This document shows, one piece after another, positions 18,782-28,029 of a DNA stretch of 35,367 nt. How positions within the stretch are numbered: position 1 is the stretch's first letter; each line of letters starts with the position of its first letter. The DNA comes from an uncultured Gammaproteobacteria bacterium. Lineage in GTDB: Bacteria; Patescibacteriota; Microgenomatia; UBA10105; UBA927. The stretch is from positions 1 through 35,367 of the forward strand of contig CAZOTW010000004.1 of NCBI GenBank assembly GCA_964582845.1. Reading direction: 5' to 3'. The notes below the pieces were generated by a model. The model made no database searches. It was not told where the DNA came from and saw nothing but the letters and a program-made list of their open reading frames with translations. Both the position numbers and the translations under genes were made by a program.

Positions 18782-19696
18782 TTACTGCAAAAATTGTTTT
18801 GTAGTTTCGGCAATGCTCCATTTTGCATCAAGCTTGGATTCAATTGACTTGCTTTTCCGCCGACAATACATATTAACTACATAGATATAAAAACTATGGA
18901 TGGGATATCGAATAAATTGTTTGAATCGACATTTCCAAAGTAACCTTGAAGGAATATAGTATTCTCTATCAACTAGCTCTGAAGGAAAATAATCTTTAAA
19001 CCGTTGTTGTGCAGATTCGAATCGGGTATTTTGACGTATTTGCTCCCGCAATGTTTGAACAGAACGAAACATTATTATAGCATTCGGGACAAATCTATAT
19101 TTATATCCTTTCGATATACACGTTAGGTACATATACGTATCATCGGCAAACATCGTGCGTGGTATTGTAATTCCTTTAACAAATTCTTTTTTAGATGCAA
19201 GCAACTGACCAGTTACACAGAAAATACTGTGTCCGTCACGGACGGAATATTTCAACTCTTGGTAAGCTTCAACGGTTTTATTCACTGCAAATTCAGTAAA
19301 TGTTTTTGCTGAGAGTGGCTTTGAGTTACCGCTCGTTAACATCACTGTTTTATGCTTAATTAACGGTTTTATTACATTACTCAAAACGTATTGGTCATTC
19401 AAGACAACATCCGCATCTGACTGAACAAGAATATCCGTTGTTAGAGATTTATATATCTTGTTATATCTTGAAGATTTTCCAACTCTGTTCTTATACGCAA
19501 TGACTTCGATTTTTTTGTGATTCTGGGATTTTGCAAGCTTGACCGTGTTATCTGTTGATCCATCTGAGACAATCAGAATTTTTTCGATCCTAAAACCGAT
19601 TTCCTTCTGTCGTAATACAGACGCTATATGTCGTACTATATTTTGTCCCTCGTTATATGCACATACTGCATATGTGACTGTGGGCATAGTTTTCAT
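18782..19696 (-). CDS. GT2 glycosyltransferase (AT-rich paralog)
   Basis: VCAYNEG, SDGSTD, SDAD, ADD. Confidence 0.9.
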   Translation of the reverse strand: MKTMPTVTYAVCAYNEGQNIVRHIASVLRQKEIGFRIEKILIVSDGSTDNTVKLAKSQNHKKIEVIAYKNRVGKSSRYNKIYKSLTTDILVQSDADVVLNDQYVLSNVIKPLIKHKTVMLTSGNSKPLSAKTFTEFAVNKTVEAYQELKYSVRDGHSIFCVTGQLLASKKEFVKGITIPRTMFADDTYMYLTCISKGYKYRFVPNAIIMFRSVQTLREQIRQNTRFESAQQRFKDYFPSELVDREYYIPSRLLWKCRFKQFIRYPIHSFYIYVVNMYCRRKSKSIESKLDAKWSIAETTKQFLQ

Positions 19697-22600
19697 ATGT
19701 TTTTCGCTTCCGCAAGGGAAAGTCTATCTTTTTGGGTTACTATAGGTTTTTTCTGCTGTTGTAAAATTCCGGTGATGTATTCGATGAAGTCCTGTGCGCT
19801 TTTTTCCCACGAGAATGACCTAGACCATTCATGGGCTTCGACACTAAATTTTTTGCGCAATGCGTGATTGGCGATGAGAAGCTCCATGGATTCTGCAAGC
19901 GCATGGTCATTTCTGGGCGGTACCAGAAGTCCGGTTTGGTTATTTACCACGGAATCCCGTAAGCCGTACACGTCGGAAGCTATCACAGGCGTGCCGCATG
20001 CATTGGCTTCCAGCACTGCCAAGCTCCATCCCTCAAATGACGACGGTTGTACGGCTACCCAGCTGGTAGCCAGAAGCGCGAGTTTTTCCTTCTCCGTCAC
20101 TCTACCGGTAAATCGCACGGAACCATTCAGGTTGAGCGCGCCTGCCGTCTTTTTTAACTCGGACATATGTTCCCCTTCACCGGCGATGACGAGCTTGGCA
20201 TCGGGATACGCGCGGTAGACATTCGCAAATGCGCGGATAGCCACATCGATGTTTTTGTACGCTTTGAGGCGTCCGAGATAGAGAACAGACGGATATTCGG
20301 TTTTCGTGCGTTTTTCAAATAATTCAATATTCACTCCTGGCGTCACCACGCGAATGTGTTCCTCGCGGGCGAGATTATGTCGCAGAATTTCCTTTTTGGA
20401 AGATTCTGATACGGTAATGACCGTATTGTTGCGGTAGGCTTTTGGCATGAGCGTTGATTCTATGAACGTGGCAATCTGCCGCAAGGGAAATGTTAAGTGT
20501 ATGCGAAATACATCCTGATGCACGTGGTGGATGAGCAAAAATATCGGTTCTTTTACATAGAGTGGGGTAAAAAACGGGATGCCGTTTTCGCTGTCTACGA
20601 CGACGTCATATTTTCCCCGAAACCGTACCATGTAGTACAAAAATGCCCATACGTACACCGTATAGAATCCGCCACGGCGAATTACCCGGACGCCATCGAC
20701 GACTTGATTGCGTGGGGTTTTCCCGTCATTGCCGCAGAAAAGGGTCACGGAATGTCCCATGTGGATCCATTGCTTGGCTAGCTCGTGGATATACGCTTCC
20801 GCGCCGCCACCCCACACGTGATTGGTATCCCGCCAGTTAAAAATCAGTATACGCAGCTTTTGGGGAGCAAAGGGTAGCGCCGTAATGCGGCTGAAAAGTC
20901 CTAAGAAGTCCGCAGTATTGACGATAAGTACCCGTATCTGTTCACGAAATATGTGCAATAAAGTCATGACAATAAGCTGAAGCAACGCGCTTCCAAACAT
21001 GACTACTACTACCTGGGACAAACTGTTATGGAAAAGCACAAGTCCGGTAACTTGCGCAATCGTCAGTAAAAAGCCCACAACGGGAAATATGTACTCTTTG
21101 CGTATCTGGTGATAGCTGACGATGCCGGAGGCTACGGTAAACAGGACCATGGCAAGCGTATAGAGCGGCAGCTCTCCTACCACCGAAGCGATATTTTTGC
21201 CAAATAGAAGCGGTACGGTGATATATCCAAACACACCAACACCTACAAATCCTACTAGGCAGACTGCCGTGGTTACGGCAAGCAGTGTATAAAACTGTTT
21301 CGTGCCGTCTCGTCCGGCTCCTATTTCGCGGCTGACAACCGGGGTGATAAATTGCCCGAACATAGACCCCGCGACAACAATCATCTTTCCCACGAGAGAC
21401 AAAAGCCCGTAGTGTCCTGCATCCAGTGCCGTCATATAGTGATTCACCAAAAGGACATCAACAGAAAGAAATGCGGCTGTAGAAATGATGCTTAACATTG
21501 AGGTCAAGAAAAATCGTCTTGGGAAATACGCGATGGTTTGTGGATCACTCACGACGCGTTTTTGTGCCCTTCTGCTCATAACGAGCGTGCCCAGAAGGTA
21601 CTCTACCCCAATTGCAAGCGGTATGACGATATAGATAAACTCGGGGAGTCCGATCGTGATGATCGCCACAGCGGCAGCAAGCTTCACGCTAGCATCGATG
21701 AGAGTAAGAGCCGCAAGAAACGAAAATTGGTGCGTGCCTCCCAGAAATCCGGAGTTTGCCGCAACGCCAATTCCCACGAGCCAGATAGGACTAAACAGAA
21801 GAAGAGGAACAAGGGTTGACAGGTGAAAAAATCCGGCAATGAAAGGCATAGAGCATAGCCAAAGTATGGTTGATGCCAGTGCAATGAAAAAAAGTGGGCG
21901 TTGGAGCGAGGCCCAATACGCATAGACGGGTTTGCCGAATTTCCCGAATAGGTATCCGCTTCGATACGTAATGGTTCTCGCCAGAGCGCCAATGGGTATG
22001 CTGACAAGATAAAAAAATGTGCCGAAGAGATTGATAACGCCAAATGTTTCAATGGGTACGGTTCGCCCCAGAAATGCGTTGTATAAAAAGTTCAGAACAC
22101 TGCCTACGGCTGTGGCTGCCACAAGAAGACCGCCATGAGTAACGCTTGAATGCAAAAACGCACGAAGCAAGGAAGATTCGGGCGCTACCGCATATGCATG
22201 TTCGGACATGGTTGCTTTTGCGGGCGTTTCACCGAAACGTAATCCGTGTCGGGTCTTTTCCCAATAATGGGGTTTTACGATTAATTGAATGATGGCAAGA
22301 CCAGCAGCAAAACTGACCATAAGCCAGTACAGTGGCACCAAAAATACGTATTTCATGAGACTCCACTGGTCGCGCTTCGCACATCCAATCATGTAGTAAT
22401 ACATGCAAAGAAAATTGCCGAAGACGAGTGAGCTTGCCGCCATGTAAAAAATGACAGACGGATAGAGAGCTTGTATGGTGGGACCAACAAATGCATACAG
22501 CGTAAAATACGAAATAGTCGCAAGCCACAGCAGTGGGTTAATAAGCATGAATGCGATCTTGCCGCCAACAACCAGCTGAAAAACAAGAGCGTGGATTAGG

Positions 22601-24378
22601 TGATTTTCTCCAAATGATAAGGGTTTTCGCGTATGGACAAAGTACGTTTGGATATAGCCTTTGATCCAACGGCTTCTCTGGCGAATCCAGTTGCCTAGCG
22701 CGCTATTTGCTTCTTCCAGGGTCGTTGAGTTAATGATAGCGGTCCTATATCCGTGTTTAAACAAGCGTGCGCCCAGGTCGCAGTCTTCTGTGACATTAAA
22801 CGCGTCCCAGCCGTGGAGTTCCAAGAGTACGGATGTTCGGAAATGGTTACTTGTCCCCCCGAGCGGCATGCTCGTTTCTATCGCCTGCAACCCAGGAAGC
22901 GTTACATCAAACCACAGAGAGTATTCTGCGGTGAACAGTTTGGTCAACAGATTATCGTGTGGGTTGTAGTAGTTTAACTTCGCTTGAAGACATACGATAC
23001 GCTTGTCAGTGTGTGTAAAAGCCCAATAGGCTTTCTTCAGCTGCATCGGGTCAGGTCTGTCTTCCGCATCAAATATGACGACATACTCCCCCCGCGCGAC
23101 ATTTAAGCCGTAATTGCAGGCTTTGGGTTTGGTTTTTGGTTTGGATTCCGGTACTTCCACGATCCGGAAATAATCGGGAAGACCGAGTGCTCTCGCTTCA
23201 TCTATGGTCGCCGTGTCATCTTTTTCAAGAAGCAGCAAAACGTCCAGTTTATCCTTCGGCCAATCGAGAGCCTCAATGGCTTTTACAAACTGCGGTAAGA
23301 CGCTCGCCTCATGGTATAACGGGCAGAGGATGGAATAGACGGGTAAATCCTCACTTTTTACCGATACTAACTCGCCTGCATCAACCGTAATTTCCGGTGG
23401 CATATTCAAGCTTTTGAGAATGAGATATGCATTGAAAAGAACATCAATAAAATAGATGGCACTTAAGATCCCAATAGCGGCTATCGCGGTAGTGAGCGGG
23501 TTAGCCCAAACGCTGATGGCGAAGCCAACAACGAGTGACGCAAGAAAGACTTTTTGCCACCTGGCAAGCGTCGTTATGGCGGACATATGATGCGGAAGTG
23601 TCGTATGCGTAATAAATCGGTGCCGTTTGTGAGCAAGACCGGCGCCGAGCATGGATTTTTCTCGCGTTGGAGGTACGGGAAAAACGCGTCTGCGGGATAA
23701 TTTTGTTTTGATTGCCCCTGTTGCTATTTGCCAGGCGGTTTCGACAAACCGGACATTGGACCTGCCGGCGCTTCTGGGATGGAAATCGATGTTGACGTGT
23801 CCAACCGTATACCCGAGCTCATGGCCGGTGAAAAGAAGCGGCATGTCGATGGCCCATGCGGAAACCAGGCGTGTATCGAGGTGATCGAATATCTCCCGCC
23901 TCATTACTTTTAAGCCGGATTGGACGTCTGTTTTTAGCCCCAGAAGCATTCTTCCGAAGATGAAGGCATTGAATCTAGAAGCGATGCGGCGAGCAAGCGT
24001 GGTTCTGTACGTTTTCCGGTTGGCAACAGCCATACCGTACTCTTGAGCTTTCGCATACAATTCAGGAAGAATTTCCGGTGGGTACTGCAGATCCCCATCG
24101 AGCATGGCTATCGAGTCATATGCCGCATGGGTGTATCCTTCTAAAATTGAATAGCCTTTTCCTTTCTTTCCTTGTTTACGAAAGAAATAGACGGGGTATT
24201 CTTGCGCATACTGCCGTACGACTTCCTGGGTATTATCCGTTGAGTGGTCATCGATAAAGAGTATTTCATACGGCACACCAATACGTGCGATAGCCTCAGC
24301 AATGCGCGTAACGAGCTCCGGAATACTCGCGGATTCGTTATATGTTGGAACAATGATAGATAGGCCTTTGGTATTCAT
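19693..24378 (-). CDS. 1561-aa fusion: DPM-like GT2 + processive CESA-like GT2 + Wzx-like flippase + GT4
   Basis: IVPTYNE/DDHSTD/DGDLQYPP; then PLYHE/FDAED/TED/QRSRW/WEKTRHG; then a ~12-TM region; then NWRD..GGAE/EGWSLAVLEANACG. Confidence 0.88.
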   Translation of the reverse strand: MNTKGLSIIVPTYNESASIPELVTRIAEAIARIGVPYEILFIDDHSTDNTQEVVRQYAQEYPVYFFRKQGKKGKGYSILEGYTHAAYDSIAMLDGDLQYPPEILPELYAKAQEYGMAVANRKTYRTTLARRIASRFNAFIFGRMLLGLKTDVQSGLKVMRREIFDHLDTRLVSAWAIDMPLLFTGHELGYTVGHVNIDFHPRSAGRSNVRFVETAWQIATGAIKTKLSRRRVFPVPPTREKSMLGAGLAHKRHRFITHTTLPHHMSAITTLARWQKVFLASLVVGFAISVWANPLTTAIAAIGILSAIYFIDVLFNAYLILKSLNMPPEITVDAGELVSVKSEDLPVYSILCPLYHEASVLPQFVKAIEALDWPKDKLDVLLLLEKDDTATIDEARALGLPDYFRIVEVPESKPKTKPKACNYGLNVARGEYVVIFDAEDRPDPMQLKKAYWAFTHTDKRIVCLQAKLNYYNPHDNLLTKLFTAEYSLWFDVTLPGLQAIETSMPLGGTSNHFRTSVLLELHGWDAFNVTEDCDLGARLFKHGYRTAIINSTTLEEANSALGNWIRQRSRWIKGYIQTYFVHTRKPLSFGENHLIHALVFQLVVGGKIAFMLINPLLWLATISYFTLYAFVGPTIQALYPSVIFYMAASSLVFGNFLCMYYYMIGCAKRDQWSLMKYVFLVPLYWLMVSFAAGLAIIQLIVKPHYWEKTRHGLRFGETPAKATMSEHAYAVAPESSLLRAFLHSSVTHGGLLVAATAVGSVLNFLYNAFLGRTVPIETFGVINLFGTFFYLVSIPIGALARTITYRSGYLFGKFGKPVYAYWASLQRPLFFIALASTILWLCSMPFIAGFFHLSTLVPLLLFSPIWLVGIGVAANSGFLGGTHQFSFLAALTLIDASVKLAAAVAIITIGLPEFIYIVIPLAIGVEYLLGTLVMSRRAQKRVVSDPQTIAYFPRRFFLTSMLSIISTAAFLSVDVLLVNHYMTALDAGHYGLLSLVGKMIVVAGSMFGQFITPVVSREIGAGRDGTKQFYTLLAVTTAVCLVGFVGVGVFGYITVPLLFGKNIASVVGELPLYTLAMVLFTVASGIVSYHQIRKEYIFPVVGFLLTIAQVTGLVLFHNSLSQVVVVMFGSALLQLIVMTLLHIFREQIRVLIVNTADFLGLFSRITALPFAPQKLRILIFNWRDTNHVWGGGAEAYIHELAKQWIHMGHSVTLFCGNDGKTPRNQVVDGVRVIRRGGFYTVYVWAFLYYMVRFRGKYDVVVDSENGIPFFTPLYVKEPIFLLIHHVHQDVFRIHLTFPLRQIATFIESTLMPKAYRNNTVITVSESSKKEILRHNLAREEHIRVVTPGVNIELFEKRTKTEYPSVLYLGRLKAYKNIDVAIRAFANVYRAYPDAKLVIAGEGEHMSELKKTAGALNLNGSVRFTGRVTEKEKLALLATSWVAVQPSSFEGWSLAVLEANACGTPVIASDVYGLRDSVVNNQTGLLVPPRNDHALAESMELLIANHALRKKFSVEAHEWSRSFSWEKSAQDFIEYITGILQQQKKPIVTQKDRLSLAEAKNI

Positions 24379-24395
24379 AAGTTAAGAAACGAATA

Positions 24396-24584
24396 TTATG
24401 TGTCAACCTCCACTTTGTGGCTATCGATAAACTGCATGAGATCCTGCCGTTCGATGCGATAGGTTCTGCCAAATTTGACGGCATTGAGCTTGCCCGTGCG
24501 GATATACGCGTAAATCGTGAGAGGATTGAGCTTCAGGTATGAGGCAACTTCTTTGACGGTAAAATAGGTTTCTGGAAAATCCAT
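24396..24584 (-). CDS. excisionase/MerR-like HTH DNA-binding protein heading the glycan locus
   Basis: FTVKEVASYLKLNPLTIYAYIRTGKLNAVKFGRTYRI. Confidence 0.85.
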   Translation of the reverse strand: MDFPETYFTVKEVASYLKLNPLTIYAYIRTGKLNAVKFGRTYRIERQDLMQFIDSHKVEVDT

Positions 24585-24615
24585 AGGTGCTTATACTAGA
24601 ATCTATCTCATACAT

Positions 24616-24690
24616 CGTCACTCTGGCTTGTCCAGAGTCCGTAAATCCTGTTTCGGATTCTGGGCGCGCCTTCGGCTTGCCAGAATGACG
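24616..24690. repeat. REP/MITE-like palindromic element
   Basis: Terminal inverted repeat cgtcactctggc...gccagaatgacg with internal hairpins (actctgg/ccagagt, aatcc/ggatt). Confidence 0.6.
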
Positions 24691-25126
24691 TAACTCTCGT
24701 AATTATGAGATGACTTCTAGTCATAATATCATACAACATTAATGTGATATATATTACATGTATAACGCTAACCAATTCATCTGTCAACTGTTTTGTCCTG
24801 TTTCCCCTGTTTTAGTATGTTCCACGTCATCTAGGTAAATTTGAACAGGTTTCGATTATACTAACAATACTCCACACTGTCTATAGTCAATTTACTATAG
24901 TTTAGTATGCCTATGTATAATGTAATTTATTGGGCGTAGATAAGGCCGGAGGTGGTTTTGAGAGGAAGCTTGTCCTCTTTTGTGGTCCCCTGCCATGATT
25001 CGTCGATACAAGAGGTGCCGTCCCCACAGAAGTGTCGCGATTTCAAACACATACCCACACCCGGTGTGGGATAGCTGGACACCTGAGGAAGTTACGAGTA
25101 TTAGTGGATATTAGTGGATAAGGTAG

Positions 25127-25198
25127 TGGACACGGAGGGATTTGAACCCCCGACATCTGCAATGTGAATGCAGCGCTCTACCGCTGAGCTACGTGTCC
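25127..25198 (-). tRNA. tRNA-Val(CAC)
   Basis: Acceptor stem GGACACG/CGTGTCC, anticodon arm CTGCA-TTCACAT-TGCAG, T-loop TTCAAAT. No encoded CCA. Confidence 0.95.
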
Positions 25199-25257
25199 TA
25201 TGTGTTATGCATTATTATACCTTATGGCCGATTGTACACACCAGGTGTGGGTTCGTA

Positions 25258-25286
25258 TTGACACATAAGGAGAGACTGTATACATT
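25258..25286 (+). promoter_or_regulatory. promoter of RAYT (leaderless)
   Basis: TTGACA-17-TACATT, 7 nt before the ATG at 25294. Confidence 0.6.
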
Positions 25287-25293
25287 GTGGTTA

Positions 25294-25974
25294 ATGCCTT
25301 ATCGATTCGTTCCTTTTGCGACTGATCAAACGTATCATATTTTTAATCGAAGCGTAGCGCGTCAACCAATATTCTTGAATAGTAAGTACTACGGGCGCAT
25401 GCTTGATACGATCAATTATTATCGTTTTGATACTCTACGCCTACGTTTTTCCCATTATCATCGTCTTCCCCCGAAACAAAAATACACATTTATGCAAGAG
25501 CTTGAGAGTTCGCATGTAAATATTGTCGATGTGCTCGCGTTTTGCCTCATGCCAAACCACGTTCACTTTCTACTCCGGCAAACTGCGGAAAACGGCATTT
25601 CAGGATTCATGAGGAATATACAAAATAGTTACGCAAAGTATTTTAATACCAAAACGAAGCGATCCGGTGCGGTCTTTCAAGCTATGTTTAAGAGTGTTCG
25701 AATGGAATCTGAAGAACAATTGCTTCACGTTAGCCGATATATTCACTTAAATCCGTTTACCTCATTCGTCATAAAAGATATGAGTGGTTTAGAGGAGTAT
25801 GCGTGGTCTTCGTACGGTTCTTACACGAAAAATCAGGTTTACCCATTTGTGACGACAGATTTGATACAAAGTCATTTTTCAAGCATTGAAGAATTACAGA
25901 GTTTTACGACAAATCAGGCGGACTATCAGCGCGCACTTGCAGAAATCAAGCATTTAACACTTGACAATCCTTAG
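25294..25974 (+). CDS. rayT: REP-associated tyrosine transposase (RAYT, IS200-like HUH Y1)
   Basis: YHIFNRS..IF, AFCLMPNHVH (HUH), YIHLNP, WSSY. Start moved to 25294 because the longer ORF overlaps the tRNA. Confidence 0.92.
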   Translation: MPYRFVPFATDQTYHIFNRSVARQPIFLNSKYYGRMLDTINYYRFDTLRLRFSHYHRLPPKQKYTFMQELESSHVNIVDVLAFCLMPNHVHFLLRQTAENGISGFMRNIQNSYAKYFNTKTKRSGAVFQAMFKSVRMESEEQLLHVSRYIHLNPFTSFVIKDMSGLEEYAWSSYGSYTKNQVYPFVTTDLIQSHFSSIEELQSFTTNQADYQRALAEIKHLTLDNP

Positions 25975-26022
25975 GTGTCTACCTGTACCCACACCTGGTG
26001 TGGGTGTATATTCAAAGGAAAG

Positions 26023-26631
26023 TTACCCCGCGGAGGTAGCCATCGTTCGTTCGGTGGAGAGGCCAAATTGCGTCCCGTGTTTTTTGTACAGACCCCAGTA
26101 GCCTTTTTTCTGTTTCCTCGCGTTATGCATCACGAGCCAGCTTCTGCTGTCTTCGATTTGCTCACGCAGAACTTTCATAATCGAGCGCAACCGATCCAGG
26201 AAGTTTTTGTGATACACACCCGGACGTATCGGCACTTCGTTAACTGCCTTTTGGATTTCCGTGTTGAGATTCCTCATGGACATAGACAGTGCTTTGAGTT
26301 CCGCCCGCACTTCTTCAATTTCACGTTTCAAATTGGGTTCGCCCAGTTCCACAATCGGTGGTCTATGGATTTCCGGACGCCGAAACGGCGAAAACGGCTG
26401 ACGTTCTTTTTGGAAGTCCATGGATCTGTTTGCCCGTAATTCCCCGCCAGCTGGCGGGGGTGCGCCAAATAAAGAAGCCAGCGCATCGCTTGCGATTTTG
26501 CCCGTGACGTCTTTGGCAACAGCTTTCCCTACTCCCCCACCGATAGCGCGAAGAGATTCCAAAATGCTGTCATTTTGGTACATTTTGGGCTTTTTTTGTT
26601 GCTGTTGTTGACCAAATACGGTGTTGTCCAT
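26023..26631 (-). CDS. CPR-type conserved hypothetical protein (DUF5660-like)
   Basis: Coiled coil followed by PGVYHKNFLD...GYWGLYKKHGTQFGLSTER. Family name recalled, not searched. Confidence 0.65.
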   Translation of the reverse strand: MDNTVFGQQQQQKKPKMYQNDSILESLRAIGGGVGKAVAKDVTGKIASDALASLFGAPPPAGGELRANRSMDFQKERQPFSPFRRPEIHRPPIVELGEPNLKREIEEVRAELKALSMSMRNLNTEIQKAVNEVPIRPGVYHKNFLDRLRSIMKVLREQIEDSRSWLVMHNARKQKKGYWGLYKKHGTQFGLSTERTMATSAG

Positions 26632-26672
26632 AGCCTCATTTTACTACAGGACGGATATGCAATGCAACGGTA

Positions 26673-27551
26673 TTACAAAGTCGCAAGGAAGTCAATAGTC
26701 TTCTGGCGGCGAAGCACAGAGGCGATATAGTATCGCTGGCTCTGCATCGCTTTTTTCTCTTCGTCGGTTTTTGCCGTTTTTATCACGGTGTCAATATCAT
26801 CATCCGATATCAAAATGCCCTCTTTATCCGCGATTTCCTCAAGGGCAAATTCCAGGGTCAATGTGCGTCTGGCTTGCTCTTCATATTCTTTCCGAACGGT
26901 TTCTGAGGTGCGGCCGGTTGATGCCAGGTACTGCTCTACCGTAAGACCAAGCTTTTTCGTTTGGTCAATAAGGTCGGAAAGCAGTCTATTAACTTCGTGC
27001 TCAAGAAGGAGAGCCGGGATGAAAATTTTGACCGCCTCATACAACGCTTTTAAAAGTTCGTCGAGCGTCGGCTTTTTATCATCGGGCTTTCCCTCATTTT
27101 GTCTGGCGGAGCCAGATCCGGCTTCGCCGGATCCGGGAACCCAAATTTTTTTCTGTTTTGATACTTTGACGTCTCGTATTGCTTCTTTATATGATCCCAA
27201 GTCGACTTTTGGTTTTTCGCAGGTGAGTGCGCGAAGCCGCCAATCCTTTTTTTCTGTGGCTTCCTGAAGTTCAATTTTGGGAGAGACGATGGGATGAATT
27301 TTATGTTCTTCGACTGCCTTCCCGTAGGCTTGGGGAATAATCCGCTGGAGCGCATCTTCATACACTTTTGTTTTATCGAGTTTTTCTTCGACTAAATTGC
27401 GCGGCGCTTTGCCCTTGCGGAACCCGGAAAGTTCGGCGTTTTTCACCGTGTTGTCAACGACCGCGTCGTAGGTTTTCTGCACTTCCGCCCAGGGGATGGT
27501 GATAACAAGCTCAATAGTTCCGTCGGTTAGATGTTGCATCTTGGATGTCAT
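26673..27551 (-). CDS. tig: trigger factor, short form without FKBP domain
   Basis: Ribosome-binding signature GFRKGKAP, C-terminal SurA-like helices (LEEIADKEGI). Only 292 aa. Confidence 0.9.
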   Translation of the reverse strand: MTSKMQHLTDGTIELVITIPWAEVQKTYDAVVDNTVKNAELSGFRKGKAPRNLVEEKLDKTKVYEDALQRIIPQAYGKAVEEHKIHPIVSPKIELQEATEKKDWRLRALTCEKPKVDLGSYKEAIRDVKVSKQKKIWVPGSGEAGSGSARQNEGKPDDKKPTLDELLKALYEAVKIFIPALLLEHEVNRLLSDLIDQTKKLGLTVEQYLASTGRTSETVRKEYEEQARRTLTLEFALEEIADKEGILISDDDIDTVIKTAKTDEEKKAMQSQRYYIASVLRRQKTIDFLATL

Positions 27552-27607
27552 GAGGCAAATTGTAGCATAAATAGGGCTCTAGATAAATACAGCGTTACGC
27601 TTAATGG

Positions 27608-28027
27608 TTAATCGGAGAATCCCAGGGGGAGATCAAGAACCGGAGGAACGAGTGCGGGATTTTGGACGTTGAATGCATTGATGGCTCCTGAAAGCGAGGC
27701 GATTGCCGTATCAAGCTCCATGAATGCGCTTTGCGAGGCGATTGCCGAGTATGGGTGAATCGGCGTGGGGGTGGGTGTCACGGTCGGTGTGGGTGAAGGA
27801 GGCAAAACGACCTGCTGTCTTCGGCTTGTCGCAAAGAAGGTGGAACCGGCGATCAGAAACCCGATGACACAAATGATGACGACCCAGGGAGGAATGGTGC
27901 GCTTTGGAGACTCCGCTTGCGGTTGGTTTGCCGTAGGTGGCGATGGTGGCGGCGAAAACACCGGTCCGTAGTTTGGCGGATTATGGCTTTCGGGCAATAT
28001 ATCGGGTTGTGGTGTGGTAGCGTCCAT
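27608..28027 (-). CDS. Pro-rich single-pass membrane protein
   Basis: 139 aa with a central TM and a PTPTVTPTPTP linker. Confidence 0.75.
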   Translation of the reverse strand: MDATTPQPDILPESHNPPNYGPVFSPPPSPPTANQPQAESPKRTIPPWVVIICVIGFLIAGSTFFATSRRQQVVLPPSPTPTVTPTPTPIHPYSAIASQSAFMELDTAIASLSGAINAFNVQNPALVPPVLDLPLGFSD

Positions 28028-28029
28028 AG

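Larger units (their letters stand above)
25054..26004. mobile_element. REPtron-like unit: inverted-repeat ends + tRNA-Val + RAYT
   Basis: Palindromes cccacaccNggtgtggg at 25054-25070 and 25988-26004, plus a partial copy at 25237-25251. The two ends extend to ~36-bp imperfect inverted repeats. Confidence 0.7.

Noticed and set aside
24930-25050. GC-richer intergenic stretch as an ncRNA
   Set aside because: Only a short agagga/tcctct hairpin is present, with no recognisable SRP, 6S, tmRNA or RNase P motifs.
25168-25293. N-terminal extension of RAYT in the ORF track
   Set aside because: It overlaps tRNA-Val and the promoter. The family-like sequence begins at the ATG at 25294.
25975-26439. 154-aa plus-strand ORF after RAYT as a TnpB or cargo gene
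   Set aside because: It is antisense to the DUF5660-like gene and has no RuvC or zinc-finger motifs.
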